From: the human T2T-CHM13v2.0 reference genome, Homo sapiens
Strand: one strand, 5' to 3'
Length of the DNA: 64,000 nucleotides
Assembly: GCF_009914755.1 (NCBI RefSeq)
Contig: NC_060939.1
The first letter of the stretch is position 1, and every line of letters starts with the position of its first letter. The notes under the pieces are model-generated. The model saw only the letters and a program-made list of their open reading frames with translations, searched no databases and was not told where the DNA came from. The translations under genes were made by a program, and so were the position numbers. Below are positions 1-15,000 of the stretch, one piece after another.

Positions 1-3000
1 TTTATTCCAGTCCACTGCATTCTGGTCCATTCCATTTGATTCCATTCCATTCTATTCCATTCCATACAGTTGCATTCCATTGAACTCCATTGTATATCTA
101 TAAATTCAATTCGAGACCATTGCTTTTGAGTCCATTCTATATGATTCCATTCCATTCAAGCCCATTACATTTGGTTCAATTCCATTCCATTCCATTCCCT
201 TCCATTCCATTCCAGTTGATATCAATCCATTCGATTCCATTCCATTCGAGCACATTCCATTCGAGTCCATTCCATTCGATGCCATTCCATTTGATTCTAT
301 TCCATTAGTCTCCATTCAATTCCATTAATCTCCATTCCATTCCATTCTACTCCAACTGATTCCATTCCATTCTATTCCTTTCCATTCCATTTCATTCCAT
401 TCCATTCCATTTCATTCCATTCCATTTCATTCGTGTCCATTCCACTCCAGTCCATTCCATTCGTGTCCATTCCATTCCAGTCCATTCCATTTGTGTCCAC
501 TGCATTCCATTCCACTCCATTCCATATTATTCCATTACACTCCATTCCATTCTATTACTTTCATTTCCATTCAATTCCATTCCATTTGATTCCATTCCAC
601 TCGGTTTCATTCCATGTGAGTCCACTCCATTCCATTCCATTCCATTCATTCCATTCCATTCTGTTCCATTCCATTCCGTTCCATTACATTCCATTCCATT
701 CAGTACCATTCCATATTGTTCCATTCGATTCCATTCGAATCCATTCCATTCCAGTCCATTCCATTCGATTCCATTCCATTCATTTCAATTCCATTCCATT
801 CCATTCCATTACATTCCACTTGATTCCTCTCCATTCCCTTCCACTGCATTCCATTCGATTCCATTCCATTGCATTGCATTCCATTCCATTGGATTGCATT
901 CCATTCGATTCCATTCCATTCGAATCAATTACATAGCAATACATTACATTCGTGTGTATTCTATTCCGTTCCATTCGATTTCGTTCCAATCCATTCGATT
1001 CCATTCCATTCGATTCCATTCCATACTATTGCATTCCATTCGATTACATTATATTCGAATAAGTTCCATTCAAGACCATTTCTTTTGAGTCCATTCTATT
1101 TGAGTCCATTCCCTTTGATTCCATAACATTTGAGTCCATTCAATTCCATTCCTTTCGTTTCCATTCCATTTGATGCCATTCCATTGAATTCTGTTCTACT
1201 CGACTCCAATACATTCAATTCCATTCCATCCGATTCCATTACATTCTTTTCATTTCTTATCCATTTCAAGCCATTCCACTCCATTCCATTCCACTCGTTT
1301 CCTTTCCATTCGAGTCCATTCCTCTCCAGTCCATTCCGTTCAATCCATTCCATTCCAGTCCATTCCATTCGAGTCCGTTCCATTCCAGTCCATTCCATTC
1401 GAGTCAATTCCATCCCATTCGATGTCTTTCCATAACGATCCATTCCATTCTATTCCTTTCGATTCCATTCCATTCTATTTCATTCCATTCGATTCCCTTC
1501 CATTGGACTCCTTTCCATTCGAGTGCATTCCATTCCGTTCCATTTCTTTCCGTTCTGTACGATTCCTACCGTTCGATTTCATTTTGTTCCAGTCCATTCC
1601 TTTCGCGTCCATTCCATTCCATTTCACTCCATTCGATTCCATTCCACTCGATTCCACTTCGTTCCATTTCATTGCATTCCATTCTATTCAACTCTATTGC
1701 CTTCCATTCCATTCCATTCGATTACATTCCATGCGATTCCATTCGAAATCGAGTCAATTACATTGCAATCCATTACTATTGAGTCCGTTTTATTCCAGTC
1801 CACTGCATTCTGGTCCATTCCATTTGATTCCATTCCATTCTATTCCATTCCATACAGTTGCATTCCATTGGATTCCATTCTATATCTATAAATTCAATTC
1901 GAGACCATTGCTTTTGAGTCCATTCTATATGATTCCATTCCATTCAAGTCCATTACATTTGGTTCAATTCCATTCCATTCCATTCCCTTCCGTTCCATTC
2001 CAGTTGATATCAATCCATTCGATTCCATTCCATTCGAGCACATTCCATTCGAGTCCATTCCATTCGATGCCATTCCATTTGATTCTATTCCATTAGTCTC
2101 CATTCAATTCCATTAATCTCCATTCCATTCCATTCTACTCCAACTGATTCCATTCCATTCTATTCCTTTCCATTCCATTTCATTCCATTCCATTCCATTT
2201 CATTCCATTCCATTCCATTCGTGTCCATTCCACTCCAGTCCATTCCATTCGTGTCCATTCCATTCCAGTCCATTCCATTTGTGTCCACTGCATTCCATTC
2301 CACTCCATTCCATATTATTCCATTACACTCCATTCCATTCTATTACTTTCATTTCCATTCAATTCCATTCCATTTGATTCCATTCCACTCGGTTTCATTC
2401 CATTTGAGTCCACTCCATTCCATTCCATTCCATTCTATTCAGTTCTTTCCATTCTGTTCCATTCCATTCCGTTCCATTACATTCCATTCCATTCGGTACC
2501 ATTCCATATTGTTCCATTCGATTCCATTCGAATCCATTCCATTACAGTCCATTCCATTCGATTCCATTCCATTCATTTCAATTCCATTCCATTCCATTCC
2601 ATTACATTCCACTTGATTCCTCTCCATTCCCTTCCACTGCATTCCGTTCGATTCCATTCCATTGCATTGCATTCCATTCCATTGGATTGCATTCCATTCG
2701 ATTCCATTCCATTCGAATCAATTACATAGCAATCCATTACATTCGAGTCTATTCTATTCCGTTCCATTCGATTTCGTTCCAATCCATTCGATTCCATTCC
2801 ATTCGATTCCATTCCATACTATTGCATTCCATTCGATTACATTATATTCGAATAAGTTCCATTCAAGACCATTTCTTTTGAGTCCATTCTATTTGAGTCC
2901 ATTCCCTTTGATTCCATAACATTTGAGTCCATTCAATTCCATTCCTCTCGTTTCCATTCCATTTGATGCCATTCCATTCAATTCTGTTCTACTCGACTCC

Positions 3001-6000
3001 AATACATTCAATTCCATTCCATCCGATTCCATTACATTCTTTTCATTTCTTATCCATTTCAAGCCATTCCACTCCATTCCATTCCACTCGTTTCCTTTCC
3101 AGTCGAGTCCATTCCTCTCCAGTCCATTCCGTTCAATCCATTCCATTCCAGTCCATTCCATTCGAGTCTATTCCATTCCAGTCCATTCCATTCGAGTCAA
3201 TTCCATCCCACTCGATGTCTTCCCATAACGATCCATTCCATTCTATTCCTTTCGATTCCATTCCATTCTATTTCATTCCATTCGATTCCCTTCCATTGGA
3301 CTCCTTTCCATTCGAGTGCATTCCACTCCGTTCCATTTCTTTCCGTTCTGTACGATTCCTACCGTTTGATTTCATTTTGTTCCAGTCCATTCCTTTCGCG
3401 TCCATTCCATTCCATTTCACTCCATTCGATTCCATTCCACTCGATTCCACTTCGTTCCATTTCATTGCATTCCATTCTATTCAACTCTATTGCCTTCCAT
3501 TCCATTCCATTCGATTACATTCCATGCGATTCCATTCGAAATCGAATCAATTACATTGCAATCCATTACTATTGAGTCCGTTTTATTCCAGTCCACTGCA
3601 TTCTGGTCCATTCCATTTGATTCCATTCCATTCTATTCCATTCCATACAGTTGCATTCCATTGGATTCCATTCTATATCTATAAATTCAATTCTAGACCA
3701 TTGCTTTTGAGTCCATTCTATATGATTCCATTCCATTCAAGTCCATTACATTTGGTTCAATTCCATTCCATTCCATTCCCTTCCATTCCATTCCAGTTGA
3801 TATCAATCCATTCGATTCCATTCCATTCGAGCACATTCCATTCGAGTCCATTCCATTCGATGCCATTCCATTTGATTCTATTCCATTAGTCTCCATTCAA
3901 TTCCATTAATCTCCATTCCATTCCATTCTACTCCAACTGATTCCATTCCATTCTATTCCTTTCCATTCCATTTCATTCCATTCCATTCCATTTCATTCCA
4001 TTCCATTCCATTCGCTTCCATTCCATTCGTGTCCATTCCACTCCAGTCCATTCCATTCGTGTCCATTCCATTCCAGTCCATTCCATTTGTGTCCACTGCA
4101 TTCCATTCCACTCCATTCCATATTATTCCATTACACTCCATTCCATTCTATTACTTTCATTTCCATTCAATTCCATTCCATTTGATTCCATTCCACTCGG
4201 TTTCATTCCATTTGAGTCCACTCCATTCCATTCCATTCCATTCCATTCAGTTCCATTCCATTCTGTTCCATTCCATTCCGTTCCATTGCATTCCATTCCA
4301 TTTGGTACCATTCCATATTGTTCCATTCGATTCCATTCGAATCCATTCCATTCCAGTCCATTCCATTCGATTCCATTCCATTCCTTTCAATTCCATTCCC
4401 TTCCATTCCATTCCACTTGATTCCACTCCATTCCCTTCCACTGCATTCCATTCGATTCCATTCCATTGCATTGCATTCCATTCCATTGGACTGCATTCCA
4501 TTCGATTCCATTCCATTCGAATCAATTACATAGCAATCCATTACATTCGAGTCTATTCTATTCCGTTCCATTCGATTTCGTTCCAATCCATTCGATTCCA
4601 TTCCATTCGATTCCATTCCATACTATTGCATTCCATTCGATTACATTATATTCGAATAAGTTCCATTCAAAACCATTTCTTTTGAGTCCATTCTATTTGA
4701 GTCCATTCCCTTTGATTCCATAACATTTGAGTCCATTCAATTCCATTCCTTTCGTTTGCATTCCATTTGATGCCATTCCATTCAATTCTGTTCTACTCGA
4801 CTCCAATACATTCAATTCCATTCCATCCGATTCCATTACATTCTTTTCATTTCTTATCCATTTCAAGCCATTCCACTCCATTCCATTCCACTCGTTTCCT
4901 TTCCATTCGAGTCCATTCCTCTCCAGTCCATTCCGTTCAATCCATTCCATTCCAGTCTGTTCCATTCGAGTCCGTTCCATTCCAGTCCATTCCATTCGAG
5001 TCAATTCCATTCCATTCGATGTCTTTCCATAACGATCCATTCCATTCTATTCCTTTCGATTCCATTCCATTCTATTTCATTCCATTCGATTCCCTTCCAT
5101 TGGACTCCTTTCCATTCGAGTGCATTCCATTCCGTTCCATTTCTTTCTGTTCTGTACGATTCCTACCGTTCGATTTCATTTTGTTCCAGTCCATTCCTTT
5201 CGCGTCCATTCCATTCCATTTCACTCCATTCGATTCCATTCCACTCGATTCCACTTCGTTCCATTTCATTGCATTCCATTCTATTCAACTCTATTGCCTT
5301 CCATTCCATTCCATTCGATTACATTCCATGCGATTCCATTCGAAATCGAATCAATTACATTGCAATCCATTACTATTGAGTCCGTTTTATTCCAGTCCAC
5401 TGCATTCTGGTCCATTCCATTTGATTCCATTCCATTTTATTCCATTCCATACAGTTGCATTCCATTGGATTCCATGCTATATCTATAAATTCAATTCGAG
5501 ACCATTGTTTTTGAGTCCATTCTATATGTTTCCATTCCATTCAAGTCCATTACATTTGGTTCAATTCCATTCCATTCCATTCCCTTCCATTCCATTCCAG
5601 TTGATATCAATCCATTCGATTCCATTCCATTCGAGCACATTCCATTCGAGTCCATTCCATTCGATGCCATTCCATTTGATTCTATTCCATTAGTCTCCAT
5701 TCAATTCCATTAATCTCCATTCCATTCCATTCTACTCCAACTGATTCCATTCCATTCTATTCCTTTCCATTCCATTTCATTCCATTCCATTCCATTTCAT
5801 TCCATTCCATTCCAATCGCTTCCATTCCATTCATGTCCATTCCACTCCAGTCCATTCCATTTGTGTCCACTGCATTCCATTCCACTCCATTCCATATTAT
5901 TCCATTACACTCCATTCCATTCTATTACTTTCATTTCCATTCAATTCCATTCCATTTGATTCCATTCCACTCGGTTTCATTCCATTTGAGTCCACTCCAT

Positions 6001-9000
6001 TCCATTCCATTCCATTCCATTCAGTTCCATTCCATTCTGTTGCATTCCATTCCGTTCCATTACATTCCATTCCATTCGGTACCATTCCATAGTGTTCCAT
6101 TCGATTCCATTCGAATCCATTCCATTCCAGTCCATTCCATTCGATTCCATTCCATTCATTTCAATTCCATTCCATTCCATTCCATTACATTCCACTTGAT
6201 TCCTCTCCATTCCCTTCCACTGCATTCCGTTCGATTCCATTCCATTGCATTGCATTCCATTCCATTGGATTGCATTCCATTCGATTCCATTCCATTCGAA
6301 TCAATTACATAGCAATCCATTACATTCGAGTCTATTCTATTCCGTTCCATTCGATTTCGTTCCAATCCATTCGATTCCATTCCATTCGATTCCATTCCAT
6401 ACTATTGCATTCCATTCGATTACATTATATTCGAATAAGTTCCATTCAAGACCATTTCTTTTGAGTCCATTCTATTTGAGTCCATTCCCTTTGATTCCAT
6501 AACATTTGAGTCCATTCAATTCCATTCCTTTCGTTTCCATTCCATTTGATGCCATTCCATTCAATTCTGTTCTACTCGACTCCAATACATTCAATTCCAT
6601 TCCATCCGATTCCATTACATTCTTTTCATTTCTTATCCATTTCAAGCCATTCCACTCCATTCCATTCCACTCGTTTCCTTTCCATTCGAGTCCATTCCTC
6701 TCCAGTCCATTCCGTTCAATCCATTCCATTCCAGTCCATTCCATTCGAGTCCGTTCCATTCCAGTCCATTCCATTCGAGTCAATTCCATCCCATTCGATG
6801 TCTTTCCATAACGATCCATTCCATTCTATTCCTTTCGATTCCATTCCATTCTATTTCATTCCATTCGATTCCCTTCCATTGGAATCCTTTCCATTCGAGT
6901 GCATTCCATTCCGTTCCATTTCTTACCGTTCTGTACGATTCCTACCATTCGATTTCGTTTTGTTCCAGTCCATTATTTTCGCGTCCATTCCATTCCATTT
7001 CACTCCATTCGATTCCATTCCACTCGATTCCACTTCGTTCCATTTCATTGCATTCCATTCTATTCAACTCTATTGCCTTCCATTCCATTCCATTCGATTA
7101 CATTCCATGCGATTCCATTCGAAATCGAGTCAATTACATTGCAATCCATTACTATTGAGTCCGTTTTATTCCAGTCCACTGCATTCTGGTCCATTCCATT
7201 TGATTCCATTCCATTCTATTCCATTCCATACAGTTGCATTCCATTGGATTCCATTCTATATCTATAAATTCAATTCGAGACCATTGCTTTTGAGTCCATT
7301 CTATATGATTCCATTCCATTCAAGTCCATTACATTTGGTTCAATTCCATTCCATTCCATTCCCTTCCGTTCCATTCCAGTTGATATCAATCCATTCGATT
7401 CCATTCCATTCGAGCACATTCCATTCGAGTCCATTCCATTCGATGCCATTCCATTTGATTCTATTCCATTAGTCTCCATTCAATTCCATTAATCTCCATT
7501 CCATTCCATTCTACTCTAACTGATTCCATTCCATTCTATTCCTTTCCATTCCATTTCATTCCATTCCATTCCATTTCATTCCATTCCATTCCATTCGTGT
7601 CCATTCCTCTCCATTCCATTCCATTCGTGTCCATTCCATTCCAGTCTATTCCATTTGTGTCCACTGCATTCCATTCCACTCCATTCCATATTATTCCATT
7701 ACACTCCATTCCATTCTATTACTTTCATTTCCATTCAATTCCATTCCATTTGATTCCATTCCACTCGGTTTCATTCCATTTGAGTCCACTCCATTCCATT
7801 CCATTCCATTCCATTCAGTTCCATTCCATTCTGTTCCATTCCATTCCGTTCCATTACATTCCATTCCATTCGGTACCATTCCATAGTGTTCCATTTGATT
7901 CCATTAGAATCCATTCCATTCCAGTCCATTCCATTCGATTCCATTCCATTCATTTCAATTCCATTCCATTCCATTCCATTACATTCCACTTGATTCCTCT
8001 CCATTCCCTTCCACTGCATTCCGTTCGATTCCATTCAATTGCATTGCATTCCATTCCAGTGGATTGCATTCCATTCGATTCCATTCCATTCGAATCAATT
8101 ACATAGCAATCCATTACATTCGAGTCTATTCTATTCCGTTCCATTCGATTTCGTTCCAATCCATTCGATTCCATTCCATTCGATTCCATTCCATACTATT
8201 GCATTCCATTCGATTACATTATATTCGAATAAGTTCCATTCAAGACCATTTCTTTTGAGTCCATTCTATTTGAGTCCATTCCCTTTGATTCCATAACATT
8301 TGAGTCCATTCAATTCCATTCCTTTCGTTTCCATTCCATTTGATGCCATTCCATTCAATTCTGTTCTACTCGACTCCAATACATTCAATTCCATTCCATC
8401 CGATTCCATTACATTCTTTTCATTTCTTATCCATTTCAAGCCATTCCACTCCATTCCATTCCACTCGTTTCCTTTCCATTCGAGTCCATTCCTCTCCAGT
8501 CCATTCCGTTCAATCCATTCCATTCCAGTCCATTCCATTCGAGTCCGTTCCATTCCAGTCCATTCCATTCGAGTCAATTCCATCCCATTCGATGTCTTTC
8601 CATAACGATCCATTCCATTCTATTCCTTTCGATTCCATTCCATTCTATTTCATTCCATTCGATTCCCTTCCATTGGACTCCTTTCCATTCGAGTGCATTC
8701 CATTCCGTTCCATTTCTTTCCGTTCTGTACGATTCCTACCGTTCGATTTCATTTTGTTCCAGTCCATTCCTTTCGCGTCCATTCCATTCCATTTCACTCC
8801 ATTCGATTCCATTCCACTCGATTCCACTTCGTTCCATTTCATTGCATTCCATTCTATTCAACTCTATTGCCTTCCATTCCATTCCATTCGATTACATTCC
8901 ATGCGATTCCATTCGAAATCGAATCAATTACATTGCAATCCATTACTATTGAGTCCGTTTTATTCCAGTCCACTGCATTCTGGTCCATTCCATTTGATTC

Positions 9001-12000
9001 CATTCCATTTTATTCCATTCCATACAGTTGCATTCCATTGGATTCCATGCTATATCTATAAATTCAATTCGAGACCATTGTTTTTGAGTCCATTCTATAT
9101 GTTTCCATTCCATTCAAGTCCATTACATTTGGTTCAATTCCATTCCATTCCATTCCCTTCCATTCCATTCCAGTTGATATCAATCCATTCGATTCCATTC
9201 CATTCGAGCACATTCCATTCGAGTCCATTCCATTCGATGCCATTCCATTTGATTCTATTCCATTAGTCTCCATTCAATTCCATTAATCTCCATTCCATTC
9301 CATTCTACTCCAACTGATTCCATTCCATTCTATTCCTTTCCATTCCATTTCATTCCATTCCATTCCATTTCATTCCATTCCATTCCAATCGCTTCCATTC
9401 CATTCATGTCCATTCCACTCCAGTCCATTCCATTTGTGTCCACTGCATTCCATTCCACTCCATTCCATATTATTCCATTACACTCCATTCCATTCTATTA
9501 CTTTCATTTCCATTCAATTCCATTCCATTTGATTCCATTCCACTCGGTTTCATTCCATTTGAGTCCACTCCATTCCATTCCATTCCATTCCATTCAGTTC
9601 CATTCCATTCTGTTGCATTCAATTCCGTTCCATTACATTCCATTCCATTCGGTACCATTCCATAGTGTTCCATTCGATTCCATTCGAATCCATTCCATTC
9701 CAGTCCATTCCATTCGATTCCATTCCATTCATTTCAATTCCATTCCATTCCATTCCATTACATTCCACTTGATTCCTCTCCATTCCCTTCCACTGCATTC
9801 CGTTCGATTCCATTCCATTGCATTGCATTCCATTCCATTGGATTGCATTCCATTCGATTCCATTCCATTCGAATCAATTACATAGCAATCCATTACATTC
9901 GAGTCTATTCTATTCCGTTCCATTCGATTTCGTTCCAATCCATTCGATTCCATTCCATTCGATTCCATTCCATACTATTGCATTCCATTCGATTACATTA
10001 TATTCGAATAAGTTCCATTCAAGACCATTTCTTTTGAGTCCATTCTATTTGAGTCCATTCCCTTTGATTCCATAACATTTGAGTCCATTCAATTCCATTC
10101 CTTTCGTTTCCATTCCATTTGATGCCATTCCATTCAATTCTGTTCTACTCGACTCCAATACATTCAATTCCATTCCATCCGATTCCATTACATTCTTTTC
10201 ATTTCTTATCCATTTCAAGCCATTCCACTCCATTCCATTCCACTCGTTTCCTTTCCATTCGAGTCCATTCCTCTCCAGTCCATTCCGTTCAATCCATTCC
10301 ATTCCAGTCCATTCCATTCGAGTCCGTTCCATTCCAGTCCATTCCATTCGAGTCAATTCCATCCCATTCGATGTCTTTCCATAACGATCCATTCCATTCT
10401 ATTCCTTTCGATTCTATTCCATTCTATTTCATTCCATTCGATTCCCTTCCATTGGAATCCTTTCCATTCGAGTGCATTCCATTCCGTTCCATTTCTTACC
10501 GTTCTGTACGATTCCTACCATTCGATTTCGTTTTGTTCCAGTCCATTATTTTCGCGTCCATTCCATTCCATTTCACTCCATTCGATTCCATTCCACTCGA
10601 TTCCACTTCGTTCCATTTCATTGCATTCCATTCTATTCAACTCTATTGCCTTCCATTCCATTCCATTCGATTACATTCCATGCGACTCCATTCGAAATCG
10701 AATCAATTACATTGCAATCCATAACTATTGAGTCTACTTTATTCCAGTCCACTGCATTCTGGTCCATTCCATTTGATTCCATTCCATTCTATTGCATTCC
10801 ATACAGTTGCATTCCTTTGGATTCCATGCTATATATATAAATTAAATTCGAGACCATTGCTTTTGAGTCCATTCTATATGATTCCATTCCATTCAAGTCC
10901 ATTACATTTGGTTCAATTCCATTCCATTCCAGTTGAAATCAATCCATTCGATTCCATTCCATTCGAGCACATTCCATTCGAGTACATTCCATTCGAGTCC
11001 ATTCCATTCGATGCCATTCCATTTGATTCTATTCCATTAGTCTCCATTCAATTCCATTAATCTCCATTCCATTCCATTCTACTCTAACTGATTCCATTCC
11101 ATTCTATTCCTTTCCATTCCATTTCATTCCATTCCATTCCATTTCATTCCATTCCATTCCATTCGTGTCCATTCCTCTCCATTCCATTCCATTCGTGTCC
11201 ATTCCATTCCAGTCTATTCCATTTGTGTCCACTGCATTCCATTCCACTCCATTCCATATTATTCCATTACACTCCATTCCATTCTATTACTTTCATTTCC
11301 ATTCAATTCCATTCCATTTGATTCCATTCCACTCGGTTTCATTCCATTTGAGTCCACTCCATTCCATTCCATTCCATTCCATTCAGTTCCATTCCATTCT
11401 GTTCCATTCCATTCCGTTCCATTACATTCCATTCCATTCGGTACCATTCCATAGTGTTCCATTCGATTCCATTAGAATCCATTCCATTCCAGTCCATTCC
11501 ATTCGATTCCATTCCATTCATTTCAATTCCATTCCATTCCATTACATTACATTCCACTTGATTCCTCTCCATTCCCTTCCACTGCATTCCGTTCGATTCC
11601 ATTCAATTGCATTGCATTCCATTTCAGTGGATTGCATTCCATTCGATTCCATTCCATTCGAATCAATTACATAGCAATCCATTACATTCGAGTCTATTCT
11701 ATTCCGTTCCATTCGATTTCGTTCCAATCCATTCGATTCCATTCCATTCGATTCCATTCCATACTATTGCATTCCATTCGATTACATTATATTCGAATAA
11801 GTTCCATTCAAGACCATTTCTTTTGAGTCCATTCTATTTGAGTCCATTCCCTTTGATTCCATAACATTTGAGTCCATTCAATTCCATTCCTTTCGTTTCC
11901 ATTCCATTTGATGCCATTCCATTCAATTCTGTTCTACTCGACTCCAATACATTCAATTCCATTCCATCCGATTCCATTACATTCTTTTCATTTCTTATCC

Positions 12001-15000
12001 ATTTCAAGCCATTCCACTCCATTCCATTCCACTCGTTTCCTTTCCATTCGAGTCCATTCCTCTCCAGTCCATTCCGTTCAATCCATTCCATTCCAGTCCA
12101 TTCCATTCGAGTCCGTTCCATTCCAGTCCATTCCATTCGAGTCAATTCCATCCCATTCGATGTCTTTCCATAACGATCCATTCCATTCTATTCCTTTCGA
12201 TTCCATTCCATTCTATTTCATTCCATTCGATTCCCTTCCATTGGAATCCTTTCCATTCGAGTGCATTCCATTCCGTTCCATTTCTTACCGTTCTGTACGA
12301 TTCCTACCGTTCGATTTCATTTTGTTCCAGTCCATTATTTTCGCGTCCATTCCATTCCATTTCACTCCATTCGATTCCATTCCACTCGATTCCACTTCGT
12401 TCCATTTCATTGCATTCCATTCTATTCAAATCTATTGCCTTCCATTCCATTCCATTCGATTACATTTCATGCGATTCCATTCGAAATCGAATCAATTACA
12501 TTGCAATCCATTACTATTGAGTCTACTTTATTCCAGTCCACTGCATTCTGGTCCATTCCATTTGATTCCATTCCATTCTATTGCATTCCATACAGTTGCA
12601 TTCCATTGGATTCCATTCTATATCTATAAATTCAATTCGAGACCATTGCTTTTGAATCCATTCTATATGATTCCATTCCATTCAAATCCATTACATTTGG
12701 TTCAATTCCATTCCATTCCATTCCCTTCCATTCCATTCCAGTTGATATCAATCCATTCGATTCCATTCCATTCGAGCACATTCCATTCGAGTCCATTCCA
12801 TTCGATGCCATTCCATTTGATTCTATTCCATTAGTCTCCATTCAATTCCATTAATCTCCATTCCATTCCATTCTACTCCAACTGATTCCATTCCATTCTA
12901 TTCCTTTCCATTCCATTTCATTCCATTCCATTCCATTTCATTCCATTCCATTCCATTCGCTTCCATTCCATTCGTGTCCATTCCACTCCAGTCCATTCCA
13001 TTCGTGTCCATTCCATTCCAGTCCATTCCATTTGTGTCCACTGCATTCCAATCCACTCCATTCCATATTATTCCATTACACTCCATTCCATTCTATTACT
13101 TTCATTTCCATTCAATTCCATTCCATTTGATTCCATTCCACTCGGTTTCATTCCATTTGAGTCCACTCCATTCCATTCCATTCCATTCCATTCAGTTCCA
13201 TTCCATTCTGTTCCATTCCATTCCGTTCCATTGCATTCCATTCCATTCGGTACCATTCCATATTGTTCCATTCGATTCCATTCGAATCCATTCCATTCCA
13301 GTCCATTCCATTCGATTCCATTCCATTCCTTTCAATTCCATTCCATTCCATTCCATTCCACTTGATTCCACTCCATTCCCTTCCACTGCATTCCATTCGA
13401 TTCCATTCCATTGCATTGCATTCCATTCCATTGGACTGCATTCCATTCGATTCCATTCCATTCGAATCAATTACATAGCAATCCATTACATTCGAGTCTA
13501 TTCTATTCCGTTCCATTCGATTTCATTCCAATCCATTCGATTCCATTCCATTCGATTCCATTCCATACTATTGCATTCCATTCTATTACATTATATTCGA
13601 ATAAGTTCCATTCAAGATCATTTATTTGAGTCCATTCTATTTGAGTCCATTCCCTTTGATTCCATAACATTTGAGTCCATTCAATTCCATTCCTTTCGTT
13701 TCCATTCCATTTGATGCCATTCCACTCAATTCTGTTCTACTCGACTCCAATACATTCAATTCCATTCCATCCGATTCCATTACATTCTTTTCATTTCTTA
13801 TCCATTTCAAGCCATTCCACTCCATTCCATTCCACTCGTTTCCTTTCCATTCGAGTCCATTCCTCTCCAGTCCATTCCGTTCAATCCATTCCATTCTAGT
13901 CCACTCCATTCGAGTCCGTTCCATTCCAGTCCATTCCATTCGAGTCAATTCCATTCCATTCGATGTCTTCCATAACGATCCATTCCATTCTATTCCTTTC
14001 GATTCCATTCCATTCTATTTCATTCCATTCGATTCCCTTCCATTGGACTCCTTTCCATTCGAGTGCATTCCATTCCGTTCCATTTCTTTCCGTTCTGTAC
14101 GATTCCTACCGTTCGATTTCATTTTGTTCCAGTCCATTCCTTTCGCGTCCATTCCATTCCATTTCACTCCATTCGATTCCATTCCACTCGATTCCACTTC
14201 GTTCCATTTCATTGCATTCCATTCTATTCAACTCTATTGCCTTCCATTCCATTCCATTCGATTACATTCCATGCGATTCCATTCGAAATCGAATCAATTA
14301 CATTGCAATCCATTACTATTGAGTCCATTTTATTCCAGTCCACTGCATTCTGGTCCATTCCATTAGATTCCATTCCATTCTATTCCATTCCATACAGTTG
14401 CATTCCATTGGATTCCATTCTATATCTATAAATTCAATTCGAGACCATTGCTTTTCAGTCCATTCTATATGATTCCATTCCATTCAAGTCCATTACATTT
14501 GGTTCAATTCCATTCCATTCCATTCCCTTCCATTCCATTCCAGTTGATATCAATCCATTCGATTCCATTCCATTCGAGCACATTCCATTCGAGTCCATTC
14601 CATTCGATGCCATTCCATTTGATTCTATTCCATTAGTCTCCATTCAATTCCATTAATCTCCATTCCATTCCATTCTACTCCAACTGATTCCATTCCATTC
14701 TATTCCTTTCCATTCCCTTTCATTCCATTCCATTCCATTTCATTCCATTCCATTCCATTCGCTTCCATTCGTGTCCATTCCACTCCAGTCCATTCCATTC
14801 GTGTCCATTCCATTCCAGTCCATTCCATTTGTGTCCACTGCATTCCATTCCACTCCATTCCATATTATTCCATTACACTCCATTCCATTCTATTACTTTC
14901 ATTTCCATTCAATTCCATTCCATTTGATTCCATTCCACTCGGTTTCATTCCATTTGAGTCCACTCCATTCCATTCCATTCCATTCCATTCAGTTCCATTC

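Noticed and set aside
10821-10846. AT-rich run ATATATATAAATTAAA (also ~19762) as a promoter or unwinding element
   Set aside because: It arises from two substitutions in the normal ATATCTATAAATTCAA module. It is short and best treated as a haplotype marker.
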